Assembly: GCA_049591295.1 (NCBI GenBank)
Contig: JBAWEQ010000080.1
Location: 2,238 to 66,237, forward strand
Reading direction: 5' to 3'
DNA: 64,000 nt
From: Acidobacteriota bacterium
GTDB taxonomy: Bacteria > Acidobacteriota > UBA4820 > DSQY01
The notes under the pieces were generated by a model. The model was given only the letters and a program-made list of their open reading frames with translations, was not told the DNA's origin and made no database searches. How positions within the stretch are numbered: position 1 is the stretch's first letter; each line of letters begins with the position of its first letter. This document shows, one piece after another, positions 10,452 to 20,761 of this stretch. Made by a program: the position numbers and the translations under genes.

Positions 10452-12003
10452 GCCGGAAGTGCCTCGTGCCCGTGAAGACCATGGCCAGCTTGAGCCGGTC
10501 GGCGGCCTCGATGACCTCCGGATCCCGGATGCTTCCGCCCGGCTGGATCACGGCCGTGACGCCGGCTTCGGCCAGTTCCTCTACGCCATCCGGGAAGGGG
10601 AAGAAGGCGTCGGAGGCGGCCGAGCAGCCCTTCGTGTCGCGGTAGGCCTTCATCCGGGCGATCTTCACCGAATCCACCCGGCTCATCTGGCCGGCGCCCA
10701 CGCCCACGGTCCCCTCCGCGTCTCCGATGACGATGGCGTTGCTCTTCACGTGCTTGCAGACCTTCCAGGCCAGCTCCAGGGCGGTGGTTTCGGATTCCGT
10801 GGGAGCCCGCTTCGTGACCACCTTGCGCTCCTCGGGCAGGCCCGGCAGGTCCTGGGTCTGCACCAGCAGACCGCCGGCCACGCGCTTGAGGTCCCAGCCC
10901 GGGAAGGGATCCTGGTCCTTGAGCTCGATGATCCTGAGGTTCTTCTTCCGGGAGAGCACCTCCAGGGCCTTGGGCTCGAAGGAGGGGGCCACCACGATCT
11001 CCAGGAAGATCTCCGACAGGGCGAGGGCCGCCTCCCCGTCGCAGGGGACGTTGAAGGCCACGATGCCCCCGTAGGCCGAGAGCGAATCGGTCTGGAGGGC
11101 CCGGCGGAAGGCCGCCAGGGGCGTGGCCCCGAGGGCGGCCCCGCAGGGGTTGGTGTGCTTGATGATGGCGCAGGAGGGGCGCGGCAGCTCGCAGGCCAGG
11201 GCCCACGCCCCGTGCAGGTCCAGGAGGTTGTTGAAGGAGAGCTCCTTGCCCTGGTGCTGCCTCAGGGCCCCGAGGAAGCGGTCCCCCTCGCGGTAGAAGG
11301 CGGCCTCCTGCTGCGGGTTTTCGCCGTACCGCAGGCTCTGGGCCTTATGGACGAAAAGGGGCAGGAAATCGGGGAAGGTCCCTCCGTTGCGGACCAGCTC
11401 GCCCCCTTCCATGCGGATCGTGGAGAGATGGCGGGCGATGGCGCCGTCGTACTGCGCCGTCCGCTGGAAGGCCTTGGCGGAGAGCCTCAGCCTCGTCTCG
11501 GCGGTGACGCCCCCCTCGCGCTCGATCTCTTCCGTGAGCGGGCCGTAATCCGACGGGTCCACGACCACAGCCACGGATTCGAAGTTCTTCGCCGCCGAGC
11601 GGACCATGGAGGGGCCGCCGATGTCGATGTTCTCGACGGCCTCGGCGATGCTCGCCCCGGGAGAGGCCACCACCCTCTCGAACGGATAGAGATTGACGAC
11701 CACGAGGTCGATGGGCGCCCCGCCCAGCCGCTCCAGGTCCTTCAGGTGCTCCTCCGTGCGCCTCGCCAGGATACCGCCGTGCACGCGGGGATGCAGGGTC
11801 TTGACCCGCCCTTCCATGACCTCCGGGGAGCCCGTATAGGAGGCCACGTCCGTCACGGGCAGACCGGCCTCCCTCAGGAGCTTGGCCGTCCCGCCGGTGG
11901 AGAGCACCTCCACCCCGCGCCCGGTGAGGAAGCGGACGAACCCTTCCAGGTTCTCCTTGCGCGAAACCGAAATCAGAGCCCTCTGGATGGTCACCGTCTT
12001 CAT
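10444..12003 (-). CDS. purH: Bifunctional AICAR transformylase / IMP cyclohydrolase
   Basis: 519 aa; MGS-like N-terminal domain ([14 protein letters not shown]), full-length PurH similarity. Confidence 0.95.
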   Translation of the reverse strand: MKTVTIQRALISVSRKENLEGFVRFLTGRGVEVLSTGGTAKLLREAGLPVTDVASYTGSPEVMEGRVKTLHPRVHGGILARRTEEHLKDLERLGGAPIDLVVVNLYPFERVVASPGASIAEAVENIDIGGPSMVRSAAKNFESVAVVVDPSDYGPLTEEIEREGGVTAETRLRLSAKAFQRTAQYDGAIARHLSTIRMEGGELVRNGGTFPDFLPLFVHKAQSLRYGENPQQEAAFYREGDRFLGALRQHQGKELSFNNLLDLHGAWALACELPRPSCAIIKHTNPCGAALGATPLAAFRRALQTDSLSAYGGIVAFNVPCDGEAALALSEIFLEIVVAPSFEPKALEVLSRKKNLRIIELKDQDPFPGWDLKRVAGGLLVQTQDLPGLPEERKVVTKRAPTESETTALELAWKVCKHVKSNAIVIGDAEGTVGVGAGQMSRVDSVKIARMKAYRDTKGCSAASDAFFPFPDGVEELAEAGVTAVIQPGGSIRDPEVIEAADRLKLAMVFTGTRHFRHG

Positions 12004-12072
12004 CGTTCTTCTCCGCTCTCATGGGCCGGGGACGGGCGCCGCCGACGTTCCCGGCATGGTGAAAGCCGCTGC

Positions 12073-12909
12073 TCAGGAGGCGTGCTTCTCCCCGGGATGA
12101 TAGAAGGGGGTCGCCGCCACGTCGCCCCCCATGGACTTCCACATATAAAACCAGCTCTTGGCCGCGTCGGAAACGGCGTGCGAGAGGACCACCTCGGCCA
12201 CGCCGAAGGCGTTGGAGCGGTCATCGAAGGTACTCGAGGAGACCCGCTTCCCGTGCGGGAAATAGCAGAAAAGCACCGCCTGCTCGTAGCGCGGCATGCC
12301 GTCCAGTCTGTGGATCAGGTAGGACCGCAGGTCCCCCGTCAGGGGCGGGCTGTCGTACCCGTCGAAGACGACCACCATGAGGGGCAGCTTGCGCTCCATG
12401 TAGGCGAGGTAGTCCGCCCGCACCTGCGCGGCCCTCGGATCCTGGCCCGCCCGGAGAGGATCGTTGAGCAGGTAGATGAGCCCGGCGGTCATCCCCATGT
12501 GGTAGGCCACCTGCTGGAACGGTTCCGTCGTCTGGAGAAGGGTGGGGACGAGGTCGAATTCCCGCACCGCCGCATCGAGGATGTCCGCCGTGGGCCTGGG
12601 GGCATAGCCCGCCAGGGCGTCGGACACCCCGCGATCCAGGTCAGTCCGATAGGCCAGCAGGGCGTTTCGGAGCGCCACCGGCGCCAGCCGCAGGGTCAGG
12701 TCCGTCATCCTCTTCGTGGTGGCGGGGCCGTAGGCGGCGTCCGCGGGAGCCGCGGCCGGGATGGGAACCGCCGGCGCCAACAGGAGAAGCCCGGCGAGGA
12801 AGAGAAGGAGACAGGGAGACAGGGAGACAGGGAGACAGGCGAAAAAAGGAAAGAGCCGGGGTACCGGGAGGCAGGGGAACCCAGGAGTCGCGGTCATTGG
12901 CTTTCTCAT
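12073..12909 (-). CDS. Hypothetical secreted protein; (GGAGACA)x4 heptamer repeat in the region encoding its signal peptide
   Basis: C-terminal globular 278 aa of the artefactual ORF 12073..14259, starting MRKPMTATPG...; the upstream remainder of that ORF is antisense to icd. Confidence 0.45.
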   Translation of the reverse strand: MRKPMTATPGFPCLPVPRLFPFFACLPVSLSPCLLLFLAGLLLLAPAVPIPAAAPADAAYGPATTKRMTDLTLRLAPVALRNALLAYRTDLDRGVSDALAGYAPRPTADILDAAVREFDLVPTLLQTTEPFQQVAYHMGMTAGLIYLLNDPLRAGQDPRAAQVRADYLAYMERKLPLMVVVFDGYDSPPLTGDLRSYLIHRLDGMPRYEQAVLFCYFPHGKRVSSSTFDDRSNAFGVAEVVLSHAVSDAAKSWFYMWKSMGGDVAATPFYHPGEKHAS

Positions 12910-12968
12910 GGTCTCATCTCCGGCGTGGCGACCCCGTCTCTTTTCCCTGTTTCGCTGTCTCTCTGTTT

Positions 12969-14387
12969 CTACCCTTTCATCTGCGCGATGACGGCGTCCC
13001 CGAACTCGGAGCACTTGAGCTCCTTCACGTCCTTGTGGCCCTCCGCCTTCATGAGGCGGGCGAAGTCGTACGTGACGGTGTGGGCGGCGATGGCGGATTC
13101 GATCCCCTTCACGAGCAGGTCGGCCGCCTCGGTCCACCCCAGGTGCCGGAACATCATCTCGCCCGAGAGGATGACGGAACCGGGGTTGACCTTGTCCAGG
13201 TTGGCGTACTTGGGCGCCGTGCCATGAGTGGCCTCGAAGATGGCGTGGCCCGACACGTAGTTGATGTTCCCGCCGGGGGCGATGCCGATGCCGCCCACCT
13301 GCGCCGCAAGGGCGTCCGAGAGATAGTCTCCGTTCAGGTTCAGCGTGGCGATGACGTCGAACTCGTCGGCCCGGGTGAGGGTCTGCTGGAGGGTGATGTC
13401 GGCGATGGTGTCCTTGAGCATGAGCTTGGACTTCCACTTGCCGTCGCCGTGGGTGGGCCAGAGCTTGAGGGTGTCCGCCACCTCCCGGACGATCTCGGCC
13501 TTCTTGTCCGGCGCGAACATGTCCAGGCCGGGCTCGATCATGCGGGCGTTCTCCTCGTCGCTCAGAGCGGGGTTCGCCTCCTTGTTGCCGAGGATCCAGC
13601 TCTCCCGGATCGTCACGGTCTCGCTCCGGAACTCCTCCGCCCCCACCTCGTAACCCCAGTCCTTGAAGGCGCCCTCGGTGAACTTCATGATGTTGCCCTT
13701 GTGGGTGAAGTTCACGCTCCTGCGGCGGTTCTTGAGGGCGTACTGGATGGCGGCGCGGCAGAGACGCTTGGAGCCGTCTTCGGAGACGGGTTTGATGCCG
13801 ATGCCCGAGGACTCGGGGAACCGGATCTTCTTGACGCCCATCTCCTTGATGAGGAAGTCGATGACCTTCTTCACCTCGGGGCTGTAGGCCTTCCACTCGA
13901 TGCCGGCGTAGATGTCCTCGGTGTTTTCCCGGAAGATCACCATGTCCACCTTCTCGGGGTGCTTCACGGGGCTGGGCACACCCTTGAAGTACTTCACCGG
14001 TCGCAGGCAGACGTAGAGATCGAGGAGCTGCCGGAGGGCCACGTTCAGCGAGCGGATGCCGCCGCCGATGGGAGTCGTGAGGGGGCCTTTGATGCCCACG
14101 AGATAGGTCTTGAAGGCCTCCACCGTGTCGTCCGGAAGCCACTCCCCGAACTTGTGGAAGGACTTCTCGCCGGCGAACACCTCCATCCAGGCAATCTTCT
14201 TCTTGCCCCCGTAGGCCTTCTCGACCGCCGCGTCCAGCACGCGCTGGGAGGCGCGCCAAATGTCGGGGCCCGTGCCGTCGCCTTCGATGAAGGGAATGAT
14301 GGGGTGATCAGGGACCTGAAGCTCCCCGCTTTTCATCTGAATGGGGGCGCCTTCCTTGGGTGGGGTGAGGGTCTTGAAAGTAGCCAC
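12969..14387 (-). CDS. icd: NADP-dependent isocitrate dehydrogenase
   Basis: 472 aa; typical dimeric prokaryotic IDH motifs ([15 protein letters not shown]). Confidence 0.95.
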   Translation of the reverse strand: MATFKTLTPPKEGAPIQMKSGELQVPDHPIIPFIEGDGTGPDIWRASQRVLDAAVEKAYGGKKKIAWMEVFAGEKSFHKFGEWLPDDTVEAFKTYLVGIKGPLTTPIGGGIRSLNVALRQLLDLYVCLRPVKYFKGVPSPVKHPEKVDMVIFRENTEDIYAGIEWKAYSPEVKKVIDFLIKEMGVKKIRFPESSGIGIKPVSEDGSKRLCRAAIQYALKNRRRSVNFTHKGNIMKFTEGAFKDWGYEVGAEEFRSETVTIRESWILGNKEANPALSDEENARMIEPGLDMFAPDKKAEIVREVADTLKLWPTHGDGKWKSKLMLKDTIADITLQQTLTRADEFDVIATLNLNGDYLSDALAAQVGGIGIAPGGNINYVSGHAIFEATHGTAPKYANLDKVNPGSVILSGEMMFRHLGWTEAADLLVKGIESAIAAHTVTYDFARLMKAEGHKDVKELKCSEFGDAVIAQMKG

Positions 14388-14766
14388 GGTCGTACCTCCT
14401 CTGGTGGAAGCGGGCGAAGCGCTGGTCCTGTCCGGAGCTACCCCCTGGGATCCCCATAAAAGGGGGTTTCGCCTTTGCCCGGCAAGGCTTGCATGGGTTC
14501 CGCACCCGCGTCAGCCCCGTAGTATAGCCGTGCGCCGGGAGGGGGGTCAACTCGGTGACAGATCAGGGCTGATAGGTGAGGGAAAAGGGACAGGGGACAG
14601 GGGAAAGTGAGGAGCCGGAAGCCGGCAAGGCGGTGGCCTTGTTCAATTCGCGATTCAAATCCTCCGTGTCTTGGCCTCTCCGTGTCGTATTTCTCCTGAC
14701 TTCCGCCTTCACCCTCCCCCTGCCTCTATTGCCAGGGTTCCCTAGCTATCCTATGATGAGTCTAAA

Positions 14767-16635
14767 TTGGAGGCAGGGTTGGCCGAGTATCTGATCCAGT
14801 GTTGGAATTGCTTGGGCGAATACGACGCCCTCTCCGCGGTGTGGTGCTCCTGCAACCCCAGCCGCCCGACGAAGGTCTGCCCCTTCTGCCTCCAGTGTTT
14901 CTGCTCGGCCCCCGAGGCCTACCACGACAAGTTCTGGGCCGGGGCCCCCGAGGCCATGATCAAGGACCGCGAGATGCTGGCCAAGGCGAGGGGGCCTCTC
15001 GGCGAAGCGCTCGTGCGATCCAAGGTCATCACGAACGAGCAGCTCCTCCAGGCCCTCAAGCACCAGAAGACGACCGGAGGAAAGCTGGGAGAGATCCTTG
15101 TGGAACTCGGCTACCTCACCCCCCAGACGCTCGTGGGCTTCCTTTCCAGCCAGCGGAGCTTTCAGCACGTCTCCCTGCGGGACACCCCCCTCGATCCTAT
15201 GCTGGTGGCCTCCATCGGCGCGGACGCCTGCCTCCAGAGACTGGTCGTGCCGGTCAGCCGGGAAACCATGGCGGGCAAAGACCTGATGGCCCTGGCCATG
15301 GTGGACCCGGCGGACGGAGGGGCCATCGAGTTTATTCAGAACATGACCGGGTGCCAGATCCTGCCCATGCATACTACCCGCGAGGAGCTGGAAGAAGCCC
15401 TGTTGCCGTTCCTTCCTGCCCCCCCTCCGCCCGCGGAAGAACCAGCCCCGCCAGACAAGACCGTCACCCCGTCCGGCGTCGAGATGGCCACCGATGTCCT
15501 GCGCAAGGCCCTCGCGCGCGGGGCTTCGGACCTGTACCTGGAGCCCAAGGAGGAGATGGTGGCCGTGAGCCTCCGTATCGACGGCACGCTCTACCGGGCC
15601 AAGCCGGTCGCGCGCCACCTCCAGGAGTCGCTCACGTTCGAGATGAAGAAGCTGCTGAGGCTGGACACGGCGATCCGCGACAGGCCCCAGGAGGGCCGGG
15701 TGGTGATGCGCTCGGGGGAACACCGCTTCGACGTCATCGCCCATTGCCTGCCGACCCGGTTCGGCGAGAGCCTGTCCCTCAAGATCATCAACCGAGACAC
15801 CTTCCTGAAGAGCTACGAGCAGCTCGGGCTGCCCTCCGAAGATCAGTTGGCCTTGAGGGCCGCGCTGAGCGCACAGCGGGGGCTGATCCTCGTCTGTGCC
15901 CCCCTCTTCCACGGCTGCACCACGACCCTCTATGCCATCCTGAACGACCTGGGGCTGGACGGCCACCGCAAGATCATGAGCATCGAGGCCCAGAGCGTCT
16001 GTCCGGTGCCGAACGTGTCCCAGGTCTCCCTCGGCCCCGGCCGGGACGAGGAGGCGGCACTCACCACCCTCAAGGCCCTGGGGAACATCCAGCCCGACGT
16101 CTGCGTCCTGGCCGACCTCCTTCTGAATTCGCCCGTGATGGCGACCCAGATGCTCAAGCTGGTCTCGAAGATGCTCGTGGTCGCTACGGTCGAAGCGGCC
16201 AGTTCGGTGCAGGCCCTCCTGAAGGTCCGCGATGCCGGCGTCCCCTCCTCGGATCTGGCGGAGCACCTTCAGCTCGTGCTGAACCAGAGGCTGGTGCGCC
16301 GGATCTGCCCCCACTGTCGCCAGGCCACGGGGCTCTCCGACCGCGCTCTGCGCCTCATGGGTCTCTCGGAAGCCGAGATCGCCGGGCTGACCAGCATTTC
16401 CCAGGGCCAGGGCTGCGAGGAGTGCTCCGGCATCGGCTACAAGGGCCGGATCTCCCTCTTCGAGACCCTCAGCCCCTCGCCCGGCTTCCGGCGGGCCCTG
16501 GCCCGGGAGGCCACCGAGAAGGGCCTCCAACGCGAGGCGGCGAAGGCCGGCATGGTGTCCATGCGCGAGAGGGCCCTACAGGCCATTCGGGAGGGGCACA
16601 CCACCCTCGAAGAGTTTCAGAAGGAACACTTCTGA
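14767..16635 (+). CDS. PilB/GspE-like pseudo-ATPase: N-terminal Cys-rich zinc-ribbon + tandem MshEN (c-di-GMP-binding) motifs + degenerate secretion-ATPase domain
   Basis: TTG start. Residues PLGEALVRSKVITNEQLLQALKHQ and KLGEILVELGYLTPQTLVGFLSSQ match the 24-residue MshEN motif. Walker A is APLFHGCT instead of GPTGSGKT, Walker B VLADLL instead of VGEIRD, His box lost; C-terminal CPHC...CEEC tetracysteine retained. Compared directly with the bona fide PilB at 28218. Confidence 0.7.
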   Translation: MEAGLAEYLIQCWNCLGEYDALSAVWCSCNPSRPTKVCPFCLQCFCSAPEAYHDKFWAGAPEAMIKDREMLAKARGPLGEALVRSKVITNEQLLQALKHQKTTGGKLGEILVELGYLTPQTLVGFLSSQRSFQHVSLRDTPLDPMLVASIGADACLQRLVVPVSRETMAGKDLMALAMVDPADGGAIEFIQNMTGCQILPMHTTREELEEALLPFLPAPPPPAEEPAPPDKTVTPSGVEMATDVLRKALARGASDLYLEPKEEMVAVSLRIDGTLYRAKPVARHLQESLTFEMKKLLRLDTAIRDRPQEGRVVMRSGEHRFDVIAHCLPTRFGESLSLKIINRDTFLKSYEQLGLPSEDQLALRAALSAQRGLILVCAPLFHGCTTTLYAILNDLGLDGHRKIMSIEAQSVCPVPNVSQVSLGPGRDEEAALTTLKALGNIQPDVCVLADLLLNSPVMATQMLKLVSKMLVVATVEAASSVQALLKVRDAGVPSSDLAEHLQLVLNQRLVRRICPHCRQATGLSDRALRLMGLSEAEIAGLTSISQGQGCEECSGIGYKGRISLFETLSPSPGFRRALAREATEKGLQREAAKAGMVSMRERALQAIREGHTTLEEFQKEHF

Positions 16636-16873
16636 GAGGGTAGGCGGAAGGAAAGGATTCACCACCGAGACACCAAGGCACGAAGGAATTAGAGATCGGG
16701 GCTTCTCAGCGCCCTCGTCTCTTGCCCCTTGCTCGCCGCAATGTGGGAGATGCCTCGATGATCGTTCTCCAGAACGCGATCCTTCGAAGGCCCATTTATC
16801 ATCCATTCTCCATCATCCTCCTGTCCCCTGTCGCTCGTCCCCTGCTACAATAGGCCCGGGGAGGTCCCTCTCG

Positions 16874-17581
16874 ATGGCCTTGCTCCTCTTCGACATTGAC
16901 GGCACGCTGTTGAGACCCCTGGGCATCGGCCGAAGGGCCTTCGAGCGAGCCCTTCGGCGCCTCCACGGGTCCGTGCCCTCCGAGCGCTTCGGCTACGACG
17001 GCCTGCTTGATCCGGAGATCGCCCGCCAAACGTTGGCTCAGCTCGGCATTCCGCCGGAGCGGGCGGCCGTGGAATCCCTGCTGAACACTTACATTGAGGA
17101 ACTCGCGCGCGAGCCAGCCCCGCCCCGGCAGGAAGCTCTCTGCCCCGGCATCCCGGAGGTTCTCGAAGAGGCGCGGCAGCGGGGCCACCATCTCGGCCTC
17201 TTGACGGGGAACGTCCGGGCTGGGGCCGGGATCAAGATCGGGCTCCTGGGTCTTCTCGACTTCTTCAGGACGGCGCCGGAGGTCCCCCTCCTGGGTGCCT
17301 TCGGAGAAGACGCCCTGGAGCGGGCCTCGCTCGTTCCCGTCGCCCTGGCGCGGTGCGGAGCGGCCTTCGGCTCCGACTTCGATCCGGCCCACACCTGGAT
17401 CGTGGGCGACTCCCGCCGGGACGTGGCCGCCGCCAAGGCCGCGGGGATTCGGTGCGCGGCCGTGGCCACGGGCTTCACATCCCTCGGCGAACTGAGCTCT
17501 CTCGGCCCCGAATTAGCCCTGCCGGATCTCTCCGATCCGGCGCCGCTCCTGGACGGCGTGGAGGGGAGGGCCGCCGCATGA
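16874..17581 (+). CDS. HAD-superfamily hydrolase (phosphoglycolate phosphatase-like)
   Basis: LLFDIDGTL motif I, ...GLLTGN..., ...VGDSRRD... motifs. Confidence 0.75.
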   Translation: MALLLFDIDGTLLRPLGIGRRAFERALRRLHGSVPSERFGYDGLLDPEIARQTLAQLGIPPERAAVESLLNTYIEELAREPAPPRQEALCPGIPEVLEEARQRGHHLGLLTGNVRAGAGIKIGLLGLLDFFRTAPEVPLLGAFGEDALERASLVPVALARCGAAFGSDFDPAHTWIVGDSRRDVAAAKAAGIRCAAVATGFTSLGELSSLGPELALPDLSDPAPLLDGVEGRAAA

Positions 17582-19014
17582 GCGCCCATCCCCCGCGCAT
17601 GGACGTGCTCCTGGACTCGGGCGAGGCCAGGAGGCTGGAAGCCGAATTCGGCCGTGCCAGCCTCAAGGCCGCCCTCCGCGATGCCATGGCTGAGAATATC
17701 CGCCGCTGGCGCCAGGGGGGCGAGGCGCCCGCCCAGGCGGAGCTTCTGATTTCGGCGGAGCGCCTGCTGCGCGCGCGCTTCGATCCCCCCCTGCGCCGGG
17801 TCATCAACGCCACGGGAGTGGTGCTCCATACCAACCTGGGAAGGGCACCCCTCCCGAGCCGGGCACTGCGGCGGGCCTCGGAGCTGCTGGCCGGTTACGT
17901 GGACCTGGAGACGGACCTCTCGGCCCACGGCCGGGGCCACCGCGACGCCCGGTTGGAATCGGCCATTCAAGACCTGCTCCAGACCGACAAGGGGGTGGTG
18001 GCGGTGAACAACAACGCGGCCGCCGTCCTCCTCATGCTCAATACCCTGTCGGCCGGGCGGGAGACGCTCGTCAGCCGGGGGGAGCTCGTGGAGATCGGCG
18101 GCGGCTTCCGCATCCCCGAGGTCATGGCGGCCTCGGGAGCACGGCTGCGGGAAGTGGGAACCACCAACCGCACGCGCATCGCCGACTTTCGCTCGGCCCT
18201 CTCTCCGGCCTCGGCCCTGCTCCTAAACGTCCACCCCTCCAATTTCCGCATCCTGGGTTTCACCGAGCGCGCCTCTCTCGAAGAGCTGGTCAGCCTGGGG
18301 CGGGAGGTGCACCTTCCCGTGGGCTGCGACCTAGGCTCGGGGCTGTTGGCACCCGCGGGGGAGCTGGGCCTCCGGGACGAGCCCACGGTGCAGGAGGCCC
18401 TGGCCAGCGGGGCGGACGCCATCTGCTTCAGCACCGACAAGCTTTTCGGGGCCTGCCAGGGAGGGCTCCTACTCGTGGAACCCTCGCGCCTCAAGGCCTT
18501 CCGCACGAACCCCCTGCTGCGGGCACTCCGGGTGGACAAGGTCACCTACCTGCTCATGGGAGCGGCGGTGGAGGCGTACCGAAAGGGCCGCTGGCGGGAG
18601 CTGCCGGCCCTGGGGCTCCTGGCCGCCCCCAGGGGCGTTCTCCTCAGACGTGCCGGCCGGCTCAAGGCCGCCCTCGACCGGCTCGCCCCGGATCGATTCG
18701 AATCGTCCGTCGTGGAGGCCGAGGGCAGGGCGGGCGGAGGGACCGCCCCGCTCGACCCGCTCCCCTCCCCGGCACTCGCCCTGAAGCCCTCGCGGGGCAA
18801 GGCCCACGACCTCGAGGCCTACCTGCGCGCGGGAGGAGAGCCGCCGGTCGTGGGCGTGCTCGCGGAGGGCACCCTTCTGTTGCACGTGCGGACCCTGCTG
18901 CCGGGGGACGTCCCCGCGCTGCTGGACCGTCTTGCCCGCTTTCAGGGGTCCGCTCAGGAAAGCGACCCCACATCCCAGTCACCCATGTCGGCGACCCACC
19001 TTTTGCCGACGTAG
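17578..19014 (+). CDS. selA: L-seryl-tRNA(Sec) selenium transferase SelA
   Basis: VINATGVVLHTNLGRAPL, PLP-lysine region FSTDKLFGACQGGLL; ATG at 17578 overlaps the HAD stop (ATGA). Confidence 0.8.
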   Translation: MSAHPPRMDVLLDSGEARRLEAEFGRASLKAALRDAMAENIRRWRQGGEAPAQAELLISAERLLRARFDPPLRRVINATGVVLHTNLGRAPLPSRALRRASELLAGYVDLETDLSAHGRGHRDARLESAIQDLLQTDKGVVAVNNNAAAVLLMLNTLSAGRETLVSRGELVEIGGGFRIPEVMAASGARLREVGTTNRTRIADFRSALSPASALLLNVHPSNFRILGFTERASLEELVSLGREVHLPVGCDLGSGLLAPAGELGLRDEPTVQEALASGADAICFSTDKLFGACQGGLLLVEPSRLKAFRTNPLLRALRVDKVTYLLMGAAVEAYRKGRWRELPALGLLAAPRGVLLRRAGRLKAALDRLAPDRFESSVVEAEGRAGGGTAPLDPLPSPALALKPSRGKAHDLEAYLRAGGEPPVVGVLAEGTLLLHVRTLLPGDVPALLDRLARFQGSAQESDPTSQSPMSATHLLPT

Positions 19015-19029
19015 CCGGGGGGATCGATC

Positions 19030-19563
19030 ATGGAGAGAATCCTTCGTCCGCTCGCCGCCGTTCTCCCGCTTCTGCTCCTGCTCGCCGCCTGCGCCGAGCG
19101 CGGCTCCCAGGGTCCGGGGGCCGCGCAGACCGCGGCCGGGCCGTCCGCCGAGGCCCCCGTCGTGCAGACCGGGGGGGGGCTCTACCCCACGGGGGAGCGC
19201 CTGGCCCGCTACCTCCGCTACAAGTACCCGGCCTACGAGAACGGCCGTTGGGCCGTAGGCTGGAATTCCAGGATTCCCTGGATGGCCATGATGGGCAGGG
19301 GCGTGGAGGAGCATTGGCCCTTCTCCGTCACCCTGGCGGGCCTGGGCGCCGAGGCCGGCACCAGCGAGCAGGCTTACGACCAGCTCGATCCGAGCAGTTT
19401 CGTGGGGCTCATCTGGCTGGAGCCGATGGTCACCCCCAAGGGGCTCCTGGAAGCCGTGAAGGTGACCTTCCGCCCCATCGGGAGCCTCCCTTACGTGCAG
19501 ACCATCATCGCCTGCGAACCGGGCCTGTCGATCATCCCCCAGGCCGCTCCCGAAGGGCGGTAG
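19030..19563 (+). CDS. Hypothetical lipoprotein
   Basis: Signal peptide with lipobox LLLAACA. Confidence 0.5.
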   Translation: MERILRPLAAVLPLLLLLAACAERGSQGPGAAQTAAGPSAEAPVVQTGGGLYPTGERLARYLRYKYPAYENGRWAVGWNSRIPWMAMMGRGVEEHWPFSVTLAGLGAEAGTSEQAYDQLDPSSFVGLIWLEPMVTPKGLLEAVKVTFRPIGSLPYVQTIIACEPGLSIIPQAAPEGR

Positions 19564-20045
19564 GGAGCCACCACCAAGGCCCCAAGACCCGAAGGGGAGA
19601 CTGAGGCAGTCAGGAGGCAACCGACAGGGCAAGCTCCGCGATCTTCGCGTCTCGCGTCTCGCCTCTCGCCTCTCGCCTCTCGCCTCTCGCGTCTCGCGTT
19701 TTGCGTTTCGCGTTTTGCCTCTCGCTCCTGTCTGGGGCAAATGGCGCTTCGGGGATAGAGTCCGGTTCACGGCGGGCCTTTCCTCTGCCACGGGCCGGTG
19801 GGCGCCCTTGATCCGCCTCTCCAAAGGAGGAGGGCGGAAGGCGGGTGGGGCATTTACCACCCTCCAGCCCCTCGCAGGCTGGCCATGGGGTTCCACCCGA
19901 GGGGGCGGCGTTATATTAGGCCCCTGGTTGTCGCGGGGCCTTGCAAACCAGGACAAAGGGGAATTGGGTGAGCCACCACGATCTACATTCCCGCTCCCAG
20001 CGCGGCCCGTCACAGGTTTCGATCCAGGGCCTCTTTCCCAGGCGA

Positions 20046-20747
20046 GTGACCATCGTCGCGGGCCATTTCGGGAGCGGCAAGACGGAGATCACGCTGAACG
20101 CCGCCGTGCGGCTGGCCCGCGAAGGCCAGACGGTCTCCCTCGTGGACCTGGACGTGGTCAAGCCCTACTTCCGCTCCCGGTCGGCGCGGGAGCTGCTGCG
20201 TCTCTCCGGCGTCGAACTCGTGGCGCCCATGGGCGAGTTCTACTCCTCCGACCTGCCCATCATCCTTCCCCAGATCCGCCAGCGCCTTCTGGACGGGACT
20301 CGCAAGGTGTTCATGGATGCGGGCGGGGACGACACCGGGGCCCGGGTGGTCGGCTCCCTCACCGACGTCATTCCGCCCGCCGAGAGCGAATTCCTCCTGG
20401 TCCTGAACTTCCGCAGGCCCTTCACCCCCGACGTGGATTCGGCCCTGGCCATGGCCAGGGAGATCGAGGCGAGGGGGCGGATGCGTCTCACGGGCCTGCT
20501 CTCCAACACGCACCTCATGGGCGAGACAACGGGGGAGGTGGTCCGGGAGGGCTTTCGGCTGGCCGCCGAGACGGCCCGGCGCCTCGGCCTGCCCCTGTTG
20601 GCCGTGGCCGTCGAGGAGGGCCGGGATCTGGGGCTCTGTGCCGAGGAGTTCCCCTGCCCGATCCTACCCATCACACGAATCGTCAAGCCCCCCTTCGAGG
20701 CGGACCGCGAGCAGCGCGCCGTGGGCCCCCTCTTCGTGGTGGGCTGA
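20046..20747 (+). CDS. Uncharacterised P-loop NTPase (SIMIBI-like), first gene of the OFOR operon; start uncertain (ORF opens at TTG 19941)
   Basis: Walker A VAGHFGSGKTE close to a GTG at 20046; Walker B-like VDLD; no characterised-family match. Confidence 0.45.
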   Translation: MTIVAGHFGSGKTEITLNAAVRLAREGQTVSLVDLDVVKPYFRSRSARELLRLSGVELVAPMGEFYSSDLPIILPQIRQRLLDGTRKVFMDAGGDDTGARVVGSLTDVIPPAESEFLLVLNFRRPFTPDVDSALAMAREIEARGRMRLTGLLSNTHLMGETTGEVVREGFRLAAETARRLGLPLLAVAVEEGRDLGLCAEEFPCPILPITRIVKPPFEADREQRAVGPLFVVG

Positions 20748-20761
20748 GAAAGGAGCCGCTT

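Noticed and set aside
10333-13227. 964-aa plus ORF and the 728-aa minus ORF 12073..14259
   Set aside because: Both are antisense or frame-shadow artefacts over purH and icd. Only the C-terminal 278 aa of 12073..14259 (from MRKPMTATPG) look like a genuine protein.
14452-14475. Hairpin CCCCC-ATAAAA-GGGGG followed by TTT, which looks like an intrinsic terminator
   Set aside because: It lies upstream of both divergent genes (icd on minus, the PilB-like gene on plus), so it cannot terminate either. More likely a regulatory hairpin or chance.
19564-19940. Possible tRNA-Sec or riboswitch in the 376-bp spacer downstream of selA and the lipoprotein
   Set aside because: No cloverleaf with a T-arm GGTTCGANTCC or anticodon-loop CTTCAAA could be assembled by eye. 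The GGTTTCGATCC at about 20015 lacks complementary acceptor and T stems.
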